Shown here one piece after another: positions 23,301 through 35,300 of a stretch of DNA of 63,875 bases. Every line of letters begins with the position of its first letter. Position 1 is the stretch's first letter. Source of the DNA: Gracilinanus agilis (lineage: Eukaryota); NCBI RefSeq assembly GCF_016433145.1, contig NC_058133.1, positions 521,031,630-521,095,504 on the forward strand, given 5' to 3'. Made by a program: the position numbers and the translations under genes. The notes under the pieces were generated by a model. It did not search any database. It was given only the letters and a program-made list of their open reading frames with translations, and was not told where the DNA came from.

Positions 23301-26300
23301 GGCTAGTCCTTCCAGAAAGCCAGGAAAAGGAGTCAGCCTTTTCACTCACCCACGTGGTAGTTCCAAGGCAAGAACAGTCTGAGGTCCCAAGCCAGAGCTC
23401 CTCCAGGGCCAAGTTCGAAGGCGAAAGCGCTGGTCACAGGAAGTTTTTTCCATTTTTAAGAACCATTCCTTTTGCCACTTCCTGTGCCTTCCTTCCACTT
23501 TATGTGGACCATTTGCAGCTATAGCTTTGTTTAGGACTATGCAGGGGGCAGTCAATCATTTTTGATTCGTCACCCACTATAGCACACATGGGTCACAGAC
23601 CTTCCCATACTTAAGGGTAAGTGGAGTGTATACAGTGCTGGTGATTAAATCTAAAAGTGGATGAGGAGAGAGTTAATCCCATCTTCACAGTTTGCTATAT
23701 AGTGTGTTATAAAATAGATTCACATGCTTAGTAACTCACTTAGGATTAATATGAAAACACACCCACACTGAAAATTATAACGCAGATGCTAGCCTGGGAC
23801 TATGTTCTCTGTCTGGTTATATACACAGACTTCTGCCAGGGACTCTGTTCCTACCACAGATCACACAGTTATCTTGTAAGTTCTAAACTTACAATTTGAT
23901 CACACTTTGGGCATTGATTCTCCATTTTCTGATTACAATTCCCCGCTTCAGCCCCTCCTCAGATTATCGAGGATTGGGTCAATCGCAGAATAAACACAGC
24001 ACAGATTTCTCTAGAGGGCAGCATTCTTTTATGGGCAGTACAAAACTGGAGGGGGCGTTCCCCCACCAAGGGGAAAGTTACAAGAAAAATCAATGAGTTT
24101 TGAGAATCCCCAAGAGTGACAATGGTAATTACCATCAAGGGCCTTGTAGATCACTCGATCTTCACATTAGAAATGACAATTGGAATGTCTCCAGTATCGC
24201 TATTGGGACAGGAAGGAATAGGACTAATTTTATTGATAATGGCTTGAAGTCGACTGGCAGCTTTTTGACGTGGAGAGTAGCAACTGCGGGGTTCATGCCT
24301 TGCTTAAAACATTTATCAAGATGCCATGTCTGAGAATGCCTTTGGGTATCCCAGTTTATGGGGTAGTTGTCAAGTAAAGGACAAGGGGGCGAGGGCTATT
24401 GTTCATGCCAGTTTTGGGGTGCACATGCAGAAATACCATAATGTGGGCCATCAGAAGGAGCACTGCATACTACTCATGGTGGGATTTCTTGTGGGTCCTC
24501 TGGAGACTTAGCAAGCAAACAGAGCGAAGGTGGAGGAGATGCTGGAGAAGGAGATGAAGCAGGCCACGGTGATGAGAGTCATGGTGCTGGATTGGTCTTG
24601 ATGGTTGGCAGGATAGGACCTAGTTAGGGTGGAGAATAACTTGTGCTAGACGGTTTGTCTCCATTTTCAGATGTTCAGTCGTGCTGGGAGCATGTAAAAG
24701 ACCTTGAGGTAAATTGGGCTAAGCATCAGAGTCTTAACAGACAGGATTCTGACAGAGTTCATGAAGAAATGTGTGCCTCAAGGTTCCAAACCTCCTGAAG
24801 GAGGAAGAATAGGTATCACTGTATATTCTTCTAAGCCTCCTATGCCAAAAGAATGCTAGATTCCAAAGAACATGTTTGCCCATAGTCTCAGGGTGGTGAG
24901 AGATCATACATAGGCTAACAAGATTAGCATGGCTGCTCCAGTCAGTAAAGTCCATAAGAACGGGTTTTTGTGTGACTCAAGGTTGGTGGGCATGTATTGA
25001 ATTGGATGGGATGTGGGGTTTGTGGGATGCTATCCCAGGGTTCATTCCTCTCCTTGTGCCATCGGTTAAGTGAGAGGTCAGAACCACAGAGCTTTCTCAA
25101 CAGCAATTAAACCTCCTTCTCTTTGGCATGGTCCTTGTGCCACTTGTGGCATCCCTGATGCCAGGAGAAATGAGACTGACACAGTGAGAAGAACACATTA
25201 GAGCACTGCAGAAGAGAAAGCCTGCCGCTGTTGTTGCAATCCCTACTGTAGATACATAGGGCCAGGGAAGTCCCTAAGTATTCTCCTTCATTTCAAATTT
25301 CAGCCGTCTCAGTTTTTGCTTCTAGATCAGTGATGGCAAGCCTATGAGCCATTTTTGATGACACGCAGCCATATGGGGCCGCCTGCTGAGGATAAAACAT
25401 TTGCTGTAGTGTAGTGTAGAGACTCTGTGCTCTATAGATGACAATTCTACCTATATTATTTATCTGTTTTGGTTTACTAAATAAGTTATATATTATAATT
25501 ATACATTTTTGTTATTTAAACTATAAATATCATGAAATTATGGTTTTTTTCTCGAAGTGACGCATCACCCGAGTTATGCTTGGTTTTTTAGCGAATTTTG
25601 ACACACCAAGCTCAAAAGGTTGCTCATCACTGTTCTAAATCATTAGCAGAGGGGCAGCTGGGTAGCTCAGTAGATTGAGAGCCAGGCCTAGAGATGGGAG
25701 GTCTAGGTTCAAATCTGGCCTCAGACACTTCCCAGCTGTGTGACCCTGGGCAAGTCACTTAACCTCCATTGCCTACCCTTATCACTCTTCTGCCTTGGAG
25801 CCAATACACAGTATTGACTCCAAGATGGAAGGTGGTAAAGGTTTAAAAAAAAAATCATTAGCAGAGTAAGGCCTGACACATAACGACACAACAGTGAGAG
25901 TAGTCATCACTCTGAACTCCCAGAATGGGCCTGGGTCTAGGTGCACTATTATGCCACTAACACAAATCCTGGAATGGTGGGTGTACAAAAGAGAGCCTAC
26001 TGCCCTGGCTTAGTGGCAAGGTGGGGAGGATTTGTTACAACATTCTTTCTTGAAAAGGATAAGGCATGGCCTAAATTCAAGAGACAGATGACAAAACACA
26101 GGGGACTTATGAAGCCTCTTTTTCATCCTTCCTCCCTTCGGAACTTGAGCAGTCTTGGGTCCTTCCCAAGCTGACTGAGGACTTCCAGTCCTGTGGAATT
26201 TTTTGATAAAGACTCTGTCTGTCACCTAGGTGGAAATTGTGTGGTGAAAAGTCCAATGGTCTGGGCAGAGTAGCAGGTCTATTTTTGTGAAGCTCTTTTA

Positions 26301-29300
26301 TTTATTTTTATAGGGCTCTGATATAGGTAGAAATGGAAAGATCTCCACCCAGCAGTGATGGTTAAACTGGAGAGCGAGGTTTTGCAAAGGATAGTGGATG
26401 ACCAAAAAGCAGTTCAAAAGTTAACACATGTCATTCCCCACCCCAGGCCTTGTATATAAATAGAAGAAAGCTAGAGGGAGAGCGTCAGTCCAGCTAAGGC
26501 GAGTTTCAATCCAAAGTTTCCCAGGCATTGTTTTAAGTTCCCTATCTGTTCTCTCCACTTGACCCGTTCTTGGTGGATGATATGGAGTATGAAAAATAGG
26601 TTTCACACCAAGATAGATGTGAACTTGGGGGGGGGGGGTTCAAAATGGAGTCTGTAAAGTGTATCCCTTCAGCTGATTCAATCCATGCTGGGAGTCTGAA
26701 TCTAGGACAGTTTCTGTAAGGATGATTTTGGCTACATAGGCTGCTGTTGCCCTAGAGGAAGGGAAGGCCTCAGCCTTCTTAGGAAGCTGGTCAACGACGA
26801 CAAGGCAATGCTCATAAATACCTGATTTAGGCATGTTAATTGATTCAATTTGGAGGCACTCAAATAGGGTGTAAGCTAAAGGGTGGCCACTAAATGCAGC
26901 CTTCCTTATAGAGGTCCTGCTCTATGTATCGACAGAGTTTTTGAATGGCCTAAGATGGCATCGGACGAATAAGAATGAAAAAGAGTGAGACCAGTGGCTA
27001 GTGGTTAGCTCATAGCACCTCCAAAGAACCATCTCTGAGCATTCTTTATTTATATCATTTTTAAAAGAATCATTTCTCACAAAGCATAATGGGATTTTAC
27101 AGCTGCGCAGACATGCCAAAGTTACAGAATTACGTCATGATTGGTATATGGTTATACAAAGCACTATAGAGTATAGTTGTACAGTTAGTTACTCAAGGTA
27201 AAAAGAGTTACCTCATAAAGATCAAGCCCAGAATGAAACAAGATTCAAAGTTAGGAATGAGTTATCTGAGAGCTATTTCTGGGAAAAGTTTCTGTATTTT
27301 AAAGATATCCTTATTGAATGGGTCTTTAACTTTACTGGGAGGAATGCACCTGGCTGGGTGAGGGATTGTCTGACGTTGCCTGCTTTTGACCTTGGGCAGT
27401 CTGGGAAACAGTTTCAAAGCCCAGGCAGCTTTTTGCTGTCTTGGAGAAAAACGGTTAACTCCTCTACTGCTGGTTTGCTATACAGTACTTAAAAGGCTTA
27501 CTGTAAAACTTAAAGCTATCTTAGAAAATCAGATTATAATGCTTTCCAATAAGAAAAGGTGTGGATCATAAAAGGAATCAAAGAGAGGAGTACAGATTTT
27601 TATCTTAGATAACCCATCCTGTCTGCGTCCTGACTTGCAAGGCAGAAAGGTCAAAACGCACGGCCTTGCCTGTCTGTGCTGATCTTTTGATGGATCATCT
27701 ATTAGAGACTCTGTTACTCTCAATTGCTTCCAACACTTCCTAAAGGCATGTTGGTTATAGAATTGACTCATGTGGCTAGAAGAACATATATGAGTAGCAA
27801 TGGAGGAAATACCAGGGGCGACCCAACCCATTCCCTATAATCGAATTCCCATTTTTGTGAATTGAAAGACAAATTTGATGGTAAAATCTCTTGGGAAGAA
27901 GAGCCTTCTTCAAGAGACTTGCTTCATACTGTGATATCTGCTTTGCATTAAATTTTGTTTTCCAGGACTCAACCTTTTTCTCATGGCAGATCAGGGAGTC
28001 ATCTCCTTCTTTATTCTTGAGAGGAAGGTGGAATGTCCCTCCTTCATTAAAAGAAGCATGAGGGAGAGTAGAAAAACAAGGCCATCAAGGGCAGTGTTCT
28101 CAGCCGCCATGTTAGTTCTCATTGAGAAGAGATGCTGGATCAGTGTCCCTAGTAGGGGCTGAGCAGTTAATGACTGAGAGAGAGCTGGGGAGTTTGATAG
28201 TCTTAAAGTGATCACAGAAAAAGTCAGCATTAACTGTAGTCTTTGCAGAGAATGCATGCTAGTGGCATGGCAAATCCCAAGAGCATACTTACAGTCGCTG
28301 TAAATGTTTATACTATTTTACTTTCAGATCATCAACAGGCCCAAGTGAGGGCAATGAATTTGACTTCTTGGGCACTAAGGTGAGACATTAGGGAAGCAGA
28401 CCAGATGAGTCCTGGACCAGAGACACTGCAGCACCAGTGTACCAAGCACCATCCCTCATAAAGGAAGAGTTAGGTCTGGAAGTGGGACATCAGTGAGGTG
28501 TCAGGATCTCTCTGCCGTATCAACAGCAAAGTTACAGTTATATAAAGGAAGCTCTGGGAGGAGTGAGGCAGGATTAAGGACAGAACACCTAATGGGAACA
28601 TTATTTTGCCTAGCAAGTCTCTGGTTGGAGAAAACCCTGTGTATGGTGTCTCAGCAGCCCTTCATGAGGGCAGAGCACAGTGAGTTGAGAACCTGGAACC
28701 AGGTTGTAAGCTTTATCCACCTGGAGAGCAGCAGCTGCCATGGCCCAAAGGCATGGAGCTATTCCAGAGGCAACAGCATCTAGCTGGCAGGAATAATAGG
28801 CATTAGGGCAAAGGGATGGACTGGGGTACTGGGAGATGTAGCTCGATGCCCACTCTTCTGCTTGTTATCAGAGAGGAAGAAAGACTTCTTGTAGTCCAGG
28901 AGCCCAAAGCAGGTGCTGAGAGGAGAGACTTCTTGAGAGTCTCTGGCTGTCAGGTGTTCAGGCTGCAAAGCCAAAGGTTCAGAAACAGTCATTAGTTGAG
29001 GCAGTTAGTCGTTTAAGAGTCTCACCAAATGATGGGATAATCTCCATCTGCTATATGATATTAGCCCATAGAGCCTAAGATGGCTTGTAGCAGCTTCTTG
29101 GGCTTTGGGTTTTCTGACCTCTGTATGGTTTGGGCATGCCTTGGTGATATGTCTGGAGTTCTCTGCCAGAAGAAAACCTAAATACTCAGCTTGAGGGAGA
29201 CACCCCTGGACTTTGGATTTAGAGACTTTATGAGCCCTTTCATGCAATTGTAATGCCAAGTGAATGCTGAATAAATTATCAAGACAAGAGTAGAGCCTTC

Positions 29301-32300
29301 AAAGGAAGTGAAAGGTTGGTCTTGTGGCAGGATTTGAGAGAAGAGAGTTGGGCTTTCCACATAGCCTGGAGGAAATCTTGTCCAGGTGTCTTTCCAGGTG
29401 ACATAAAGGGGGCCTGTGCGGATTCACTAATCAGAATGCCGAAAAAGGGTGAGCGTAAATCAATTACAGTGAAGCATTTGGGTTTATAATGTAAGAATTT
29501 AAAATTTATGAGACTGGCTGAAGAGTAATAATTTTATTAAATCAAAAGTAGTAGGAAGAAGATGGAAAAATAGGAGAGAGGTACTTAGCTTTTCTAATAT
29601 GTGGCTGCCATTTTGGGTCCCCTACCAGTGCCAACACAGGAAACTCAGAAGTCCAAAGCCCCTGAGCTCTCCGCCTGCCTCAGTTTATCCAGCCTAATCT
29701 CCACCCACTAACTCCACCCACTAACATGTGATGTCCCAGGAGCCAATCATGGTTTTCTATTTTGCCTGGGCCACCCAGGGGGCAGTCCAGGGAGCGTTGC
29801 AGGGAAGATCATCCCGCCCTCCTGGGCTCATGATATTCTTGAATCCATCGCTCCCTTTTCCAGAGGCTGGTCTGTATCTCAATTACTCAGTGGTATCTGG
29901 CCTCCAGATGATGTCAGGAGAGTGACCCAGGAGAGCGAGAAATTTATTTCAGTCACTGTCAGATGAAATAGAGCTAAGCTCACTTTCCATTTTCTTTTGA
30001 CTATTGTAAGAGGAAAAAAATAACCTCTCCAGCTGTCTCTAATAAATGTATAATCTGGGAAACTAAGCTAAGAATTTCTCTAGCATATAAATAGAACAAG
30101 GAAATCGCAAGTTCAGTACCTGGTGATATGGGATATGACTCATGGAAATCTTAACTGGCCCTGTATATAGAAGCATATTTAACCAGTGTAAAATGCTCTT
30201 AGCAATCAAATGAGAATTGTAAAAACTTCTTTTAGAGCAGCCCAATTCATGAACAAACACTGACAGGACTGAAACAGCCTCACGTGAATGAAATTAGTCA
30301 CCTCTGCTGAGCAAGCAAGTCCCTGTCAGAGTCAGATTTCCTCTGAACCTTTCACTCCATCCCTGGTTTTTGTTATTATCTCCTAGATTAGAAGAACCTT
30401 CCCTGAGGGGTAACCATCCCATGTAGGAGGGATGAACAGAACACTTGCCTCAGAACAAGGGGAACCTTTGATTTTACCTATGCGTACACACCAAAATACC
30501 TCGGTCTTCACAAAGAGAAACATCAATACATAGACCTCTAAAACCAGGACAAACATGGTCTAGACCATATTACAGTAAAGGGCCCATGAGAGAAAGGAAA
30601 AACAATAGGAATCTCCTGAAGGTGGAGGTTTACCTGATCCCAGAAAGGGAGAGATCAAAGATGGGGAGGGATCCAGACATTTCCTGGAGGCTCCTGAGGG
30701 TCTTGTGTCCAGAGTCTAGGTCCCAGTACCATCTGGGGAGCCACCTGAAAGAAAAGTGGCTGGAAAAACCCTTCTGGGCAAAGATCCGACTTTATTGTGA
30801 GCAGAAAAAAAATCATAGAGGCCAGAGGCCTGCAGATTTCCCAGTTTACAGCCTGAGATCCTCAATTGCAAAATGGACATTTTTCTTTTCCATTCTAGAA
30901 GGTCTCTGTGACCTCTGGGTGACCTTCTGGTCTCAAACTTTTTACAGGAATTGGTCCGAGTACATTAAAAAATAGATTCACACACTTTGTACTGACATAG
31001 TAGCTCACTTAGGATTTTAATATGATCGCACACAGCCAAATTATATCTTGGGTACTAGCCTGGGATGATATTCTTTTTTTTTAACCCTTCACCTTCCCTC
31101 TTGGAGTCAATACTGTGTATTGTCTCCAAGGCAGAAGAGTGGTAAGGGTAGGCAGTGGGGGTCAAGTGACTTGCCCAGGGTCACACAGCTGGGAAGTGTC
31201 TTGAGGCCAGATTTGAACCCAGGACCTCCTGTCTCCAGGCCCGGCTCTCTCAATCCACTGAGCTACCCATCTGTCCCCTGGGATGACGTTCTTAATCTGC
31301 TTACATACACAGATTTTTGCTTGGGACTATTTGTTCTTTCCACAAATCACACAGGTACCTTTTATGGTTATAACGTTATAATTTGGCCACCTTGGATTAA
31401 GCTATTGATTATTGATTTTCTGATTACCCAGCCCTCCTGGGAAATATAGATTGTTGGGAGAAAACTTCATTTTGGGGGATTGAGAAGGGCAGCATCCATT
31501 GGGTTTTTCTGCTTTTTCAAAGGAAAGAGTGCCCTCCCTTGATCCCTCTTTGGTAATTCACTGGTCTTTTAGGAAGGAGGGAGTCCTCTGTTTCATGCTC
31601 TTCAGCACAAAGGGCCATTTGTCCAGGGGCAGCTTTCTCTCTGTTGTGAGACTTGTTCATGGACACAAAAATGGACTCAAAAGGGTGCATCCCTGAGCCA
31701 ATGGCTTGTGCCATTGGCAGGAAATGGGACATCTTTTCTTTGATGATGTTTCCCTAGTCATCAGGGAAATAGATGCCTCCCTTTGCTAAATAAAGCAGAG
31801 ACCAGGGAGCAGTAACCTTAGCTTCGGGGCTGTCCCAGTGCACCCGTGGCTGTTAGATGGCCACCCTGACATGCTTATTCCTGGCTGTTGGGCAGCTGCC
31901 ACAATGTGCTTATTCCTTGGACAGTTCCTCTCATGGGCGTCATTTTTCTTTCAGATTCGCAAAGATGCATTGCGGGCTCTCAACGTGGCCTACACAGTGA
32001 GCACTCAGAGATCAACCAGCTTCCCCTTGGATAACCTGGTGCACATGCTGTGGTTTAGAGATGCTGAGGAGGCTACCGATTTTTTGAGTTACTATGGCCT
32101 CAGTGTGTCCGATGGGTAAGAACCCCCCAGAGCTCTCTGGTCTTTCTTGAGCCTGTCCTCTTCTTAGTGGTGCTTTTCCCAGGAGCCCTCCTCACTGACT
32201 GTGAGCTCCTGTGACTGCAGAGCCTCCCCATCTTATTACTGCCTGCTGTCAGCAGTGCCAGAGCAGGGAATGCCTCCTCTCTTGATCGAGGACTGTTGCC

Positions 32301-35300
32301 TCTTGGTGGCCAAGAGAGGGTCTTGATTTTTCAGATGCCTTGTCAGTGGGGTCAGGGCTGGGGTGAAGGCTCCAAGGAAGACCAGCCTCACTACAGAGAG
32401 GCAGGCCGGCCCTGGAGCTGCCTTTTTTGGCCCAACCTGCTTTTTTTTTTTTAAACCCCTCACCTTCCATCTTGGAGTCAATACTGTGTATTGGTTCCAA
32501 GGCAGAAGAGTGGTAAGGGTAGGCAATGGGGGTCAAGTGACCTGCCCAGGGTCACCCAGCTGGGAAGTGTCTGAGGTCAGATTTGAACCTAGGACCTCCC
32601 ATCTCTAGGACTGGCTCTCCATCCACTGAGCTACCCAGCTGCCCCCCCCCCCCCAACCTGCTTTTGAAGATAGTCTACTCGATTCTAGAGGGTTTGTGGT
32701 GTCTGTGGTTGGAAAGAATGACCTGAGCAGGTCCTTGGAACCTTGATGGGTCTAGGGCAGTGATGGGCAAACTTTTTAAAGAGGGGCCAAAGGAAAGGAA
32801 ATGCTCCTCTGTCAGTCTGTTTCTAAGGCAGCTCTTTTGGAGTTTCATTGTATTGTACCCTACTTGTTGTATTCGTCAGATTAGGAATAATGTTGCATGG
32901 CTGGATAGAACATTTCGGGGGCTCCCATCTGGCCTGCAGGCCATAGTTTGCCCATCACTGGTCTAGGGGAGAACCCAAGCAGAAAGCCTGTTGCTTCCGA
33001 TTTGTCTTTTCCTTTTCTGATTTTGGATCAGCTACTCTGGTCAAAAGGAAAGCCTTTCTGGAGCCCATTTGTCCTTGGTCGATGCCACTAAACAAAGGCT
33101 CAGGAGCATCGCGCCCCACGGAGTCAGCTTGATGATGCATCTTCCTCTCCTTTTCAGAGAGGATTTGCCTGTGCCGCTGAGCTTCCAAGTTCACAAGTCC
33201 AGAGGGCATGCAGGGCCAGGCCCTGTGGTTTTCAGTTGGGAGCACGCTTTTGCCCATCTGTGTTGGGAAAGTGGGATTTCTCCCTTTCAGGGGTTTGATT
33301 CCCTGCGTGTTTGTTTTGGGGCAGCTGTGTTGAGCTCAATCGTTCAGCCTTTTTGGAACCCGAGGGTTTGTCCAAGGCAAAGAAGTGCACATTTATCACT
33401 GAGAAGCGGAAGGTCTCGGTTGGAGAAGTGGTGAATGGTGGCCCGTTGCCCCCCACCCCTCGGCACATCCCAGTGTGCAGCTTCAACATGCAGAACAAAT
33501 ACGTGGGCGAGAGCGTGGGTCCTGAGCCTGCCCTGGGTGCACAGAAGCTCGGTGTGGAGGCTGGAGGTGAGTGAAAGAGGGCATCTTTGGGTCACGGGTT
33601 CATTGCTGGAGAGGCCATCTAGTGAGGTCAAGCTCCTCCTTTTACGGATGAGGAAACTGAGTCCCAGGAAGGTTAGGGGACGTGTCCAGCCTCACACTGG
33701 CAGTCAAGTGCAGAGCTGAGATTTGGACTGTCAGATTCCTTGCCTTTCCCACTGCTCCATGCTGCCTGTGGGGGCATTTTGCCTTTGGGCTAACCTCGGA
33801 AAGCTTGTGAATGCTGGAAGCCTGGTTCTGGGCATGGATGCCATTTGTGGGGGACTCTGAACATGGTCTTGCTTACTTGTGAAATGGGTATTCCCAGGTT
33901 CTGCTGGCCTCCACAGCCCAAGTCTGTCTTCTAAAGGAGAATTTGGGCTGGTCCCCCATAGAGATCCTCTTCTGTCTTATGCCTATATGTCTCTGTTTCC
34001 GTTTCACTTCTTCAGGAGGAGGGAAGGTGGTGCAAGAAGCCAGCCTTGGGACAGAGGCACCAGTGCTGCGAGTCCCACCACAGACCCTGCTTATGCCCCT
34101 GGCTCAGCCGCTGTCCAGCCAGACCATGGGGCCACCAGCAGTCCTTGTGGCTCCTGCGCCTGTGCCACCATTGGCTGCCTCATCATCTCTTTTCCAGCCT
34201 GTCGGGCAGCCCGAGCTGCCGCCTCCCAAGCCTCGGCCTGGTTACACTGACAAGGTATGGAAAGAGGATCACACAACCTCTCCTCCTTGGCAGGTTGTAG
34301 TTTGGGGTCAGGAAGCTGAGGTGGGTCTTCTCTCAAGTGGAGGCCCTTTAGCTCTGTAGCCTTAGAGATGCCATCTGGTCCTTGGCTCTCACTTAATGGA
34401 TGAGAAGGCTGGCAATCCCCAGACATGTTACGTGACTTGTCCTTCTTTAGACACTCAGTCAGCCAACGAGCAGGCATTGTCTCCCCTATCAGGTGCCCCC
34501 CCCCCCAAGAGCTGGCATCGCTCGTGCCCTTCTTTGTGTACCCCAGCTCTTGATTCCTGGCCCAGACTGATTCACAGGGGTATGGTTTGGGGGTACCAAG
34601 AAGGGCAGAAAACCCAGCTCCTGACCTCCAGGGTCTTCTGTTCTAATGGGAGAGACAACATGTCAGTAAATCAGTACACATGAGTCAGGAAGGCGTGACC
34701 AGGGGACATGTCATAGACAGGGGCTTCCCATAGTGTGGCCTTTGAGCTGAGGCCTGCAGGAAGCCTGGAGGCAGCAGGGAGGGGCAGGGGGGATAGGCTG
34801 GTTCAGAGATGGGAGATGGCATGGTCTCATGGAGAGACCAGAGCCGCCGGGTCGGAGAGCATGCTCAGCGGATGCCAGAGGGAGGGCTCTGGTGCTGAAA
34901 AGCGGTCTTGATTACTTTTGAGCCACAAGACCCATAGCTGAGTTTGAAGAAAGGGGGCCATTTCTTCAGTGGTTCCTGCTTTGTCTGTTCAAGGACATTG
35001 TGGAAGTTGTTGATGGCCTCATCCAGGATGTCCTCAGAAACTATTGCCAAGAAATCAGCCAGGCCGGAGCTGCCTATGTGGCTGCAGCCCGCGGGTATGC
35101 TTACCTTATGGTCCCAGGGATTTCTGTCTTTGTGCTAGAAGTGTCTGGGCCCCCCGTCCCCATCTCTTGTGAGCCGCCTTCCCGGGAATGCTACCTCAGC
35201 AGCCCCCCTTTGGGCTTTGCCTGTCCCCGAGACCCTGGGCTTGTGCTGTCTCTGTACACAGGTGGGCCTGGCTTAGGGAGAGACAGGTGACTGGTATAGG

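Larger units (their letters stand above)
22819..31428 (-). mobile_element. full-length degraded ERV provirus in MCM3AP intron 9
   Basis: Two homologous LTRs of about 460 bp (22819-23937 and 30746-31428, each interrupted by a later insertion). PBS at 30726-30743; PPT at 23938-23950. Minus-strand pol remnants in the right order: RT (FTW...[19 protein letters not shown]...YLGFLL; about 29000-29430), RNase H ([15 protein letters not shown]; about 28240-28310), integrase (CLVVVDQL...AEAFP, YHP..TGQVER; 26421-26834). Confidence 0.82.

Noticed and set aside
24000-25300. Possible env remnant of the intron 9 provirus
   Set aside because: The position fits, but I could not find CX6CC, ISD or furin motifs in any frame.
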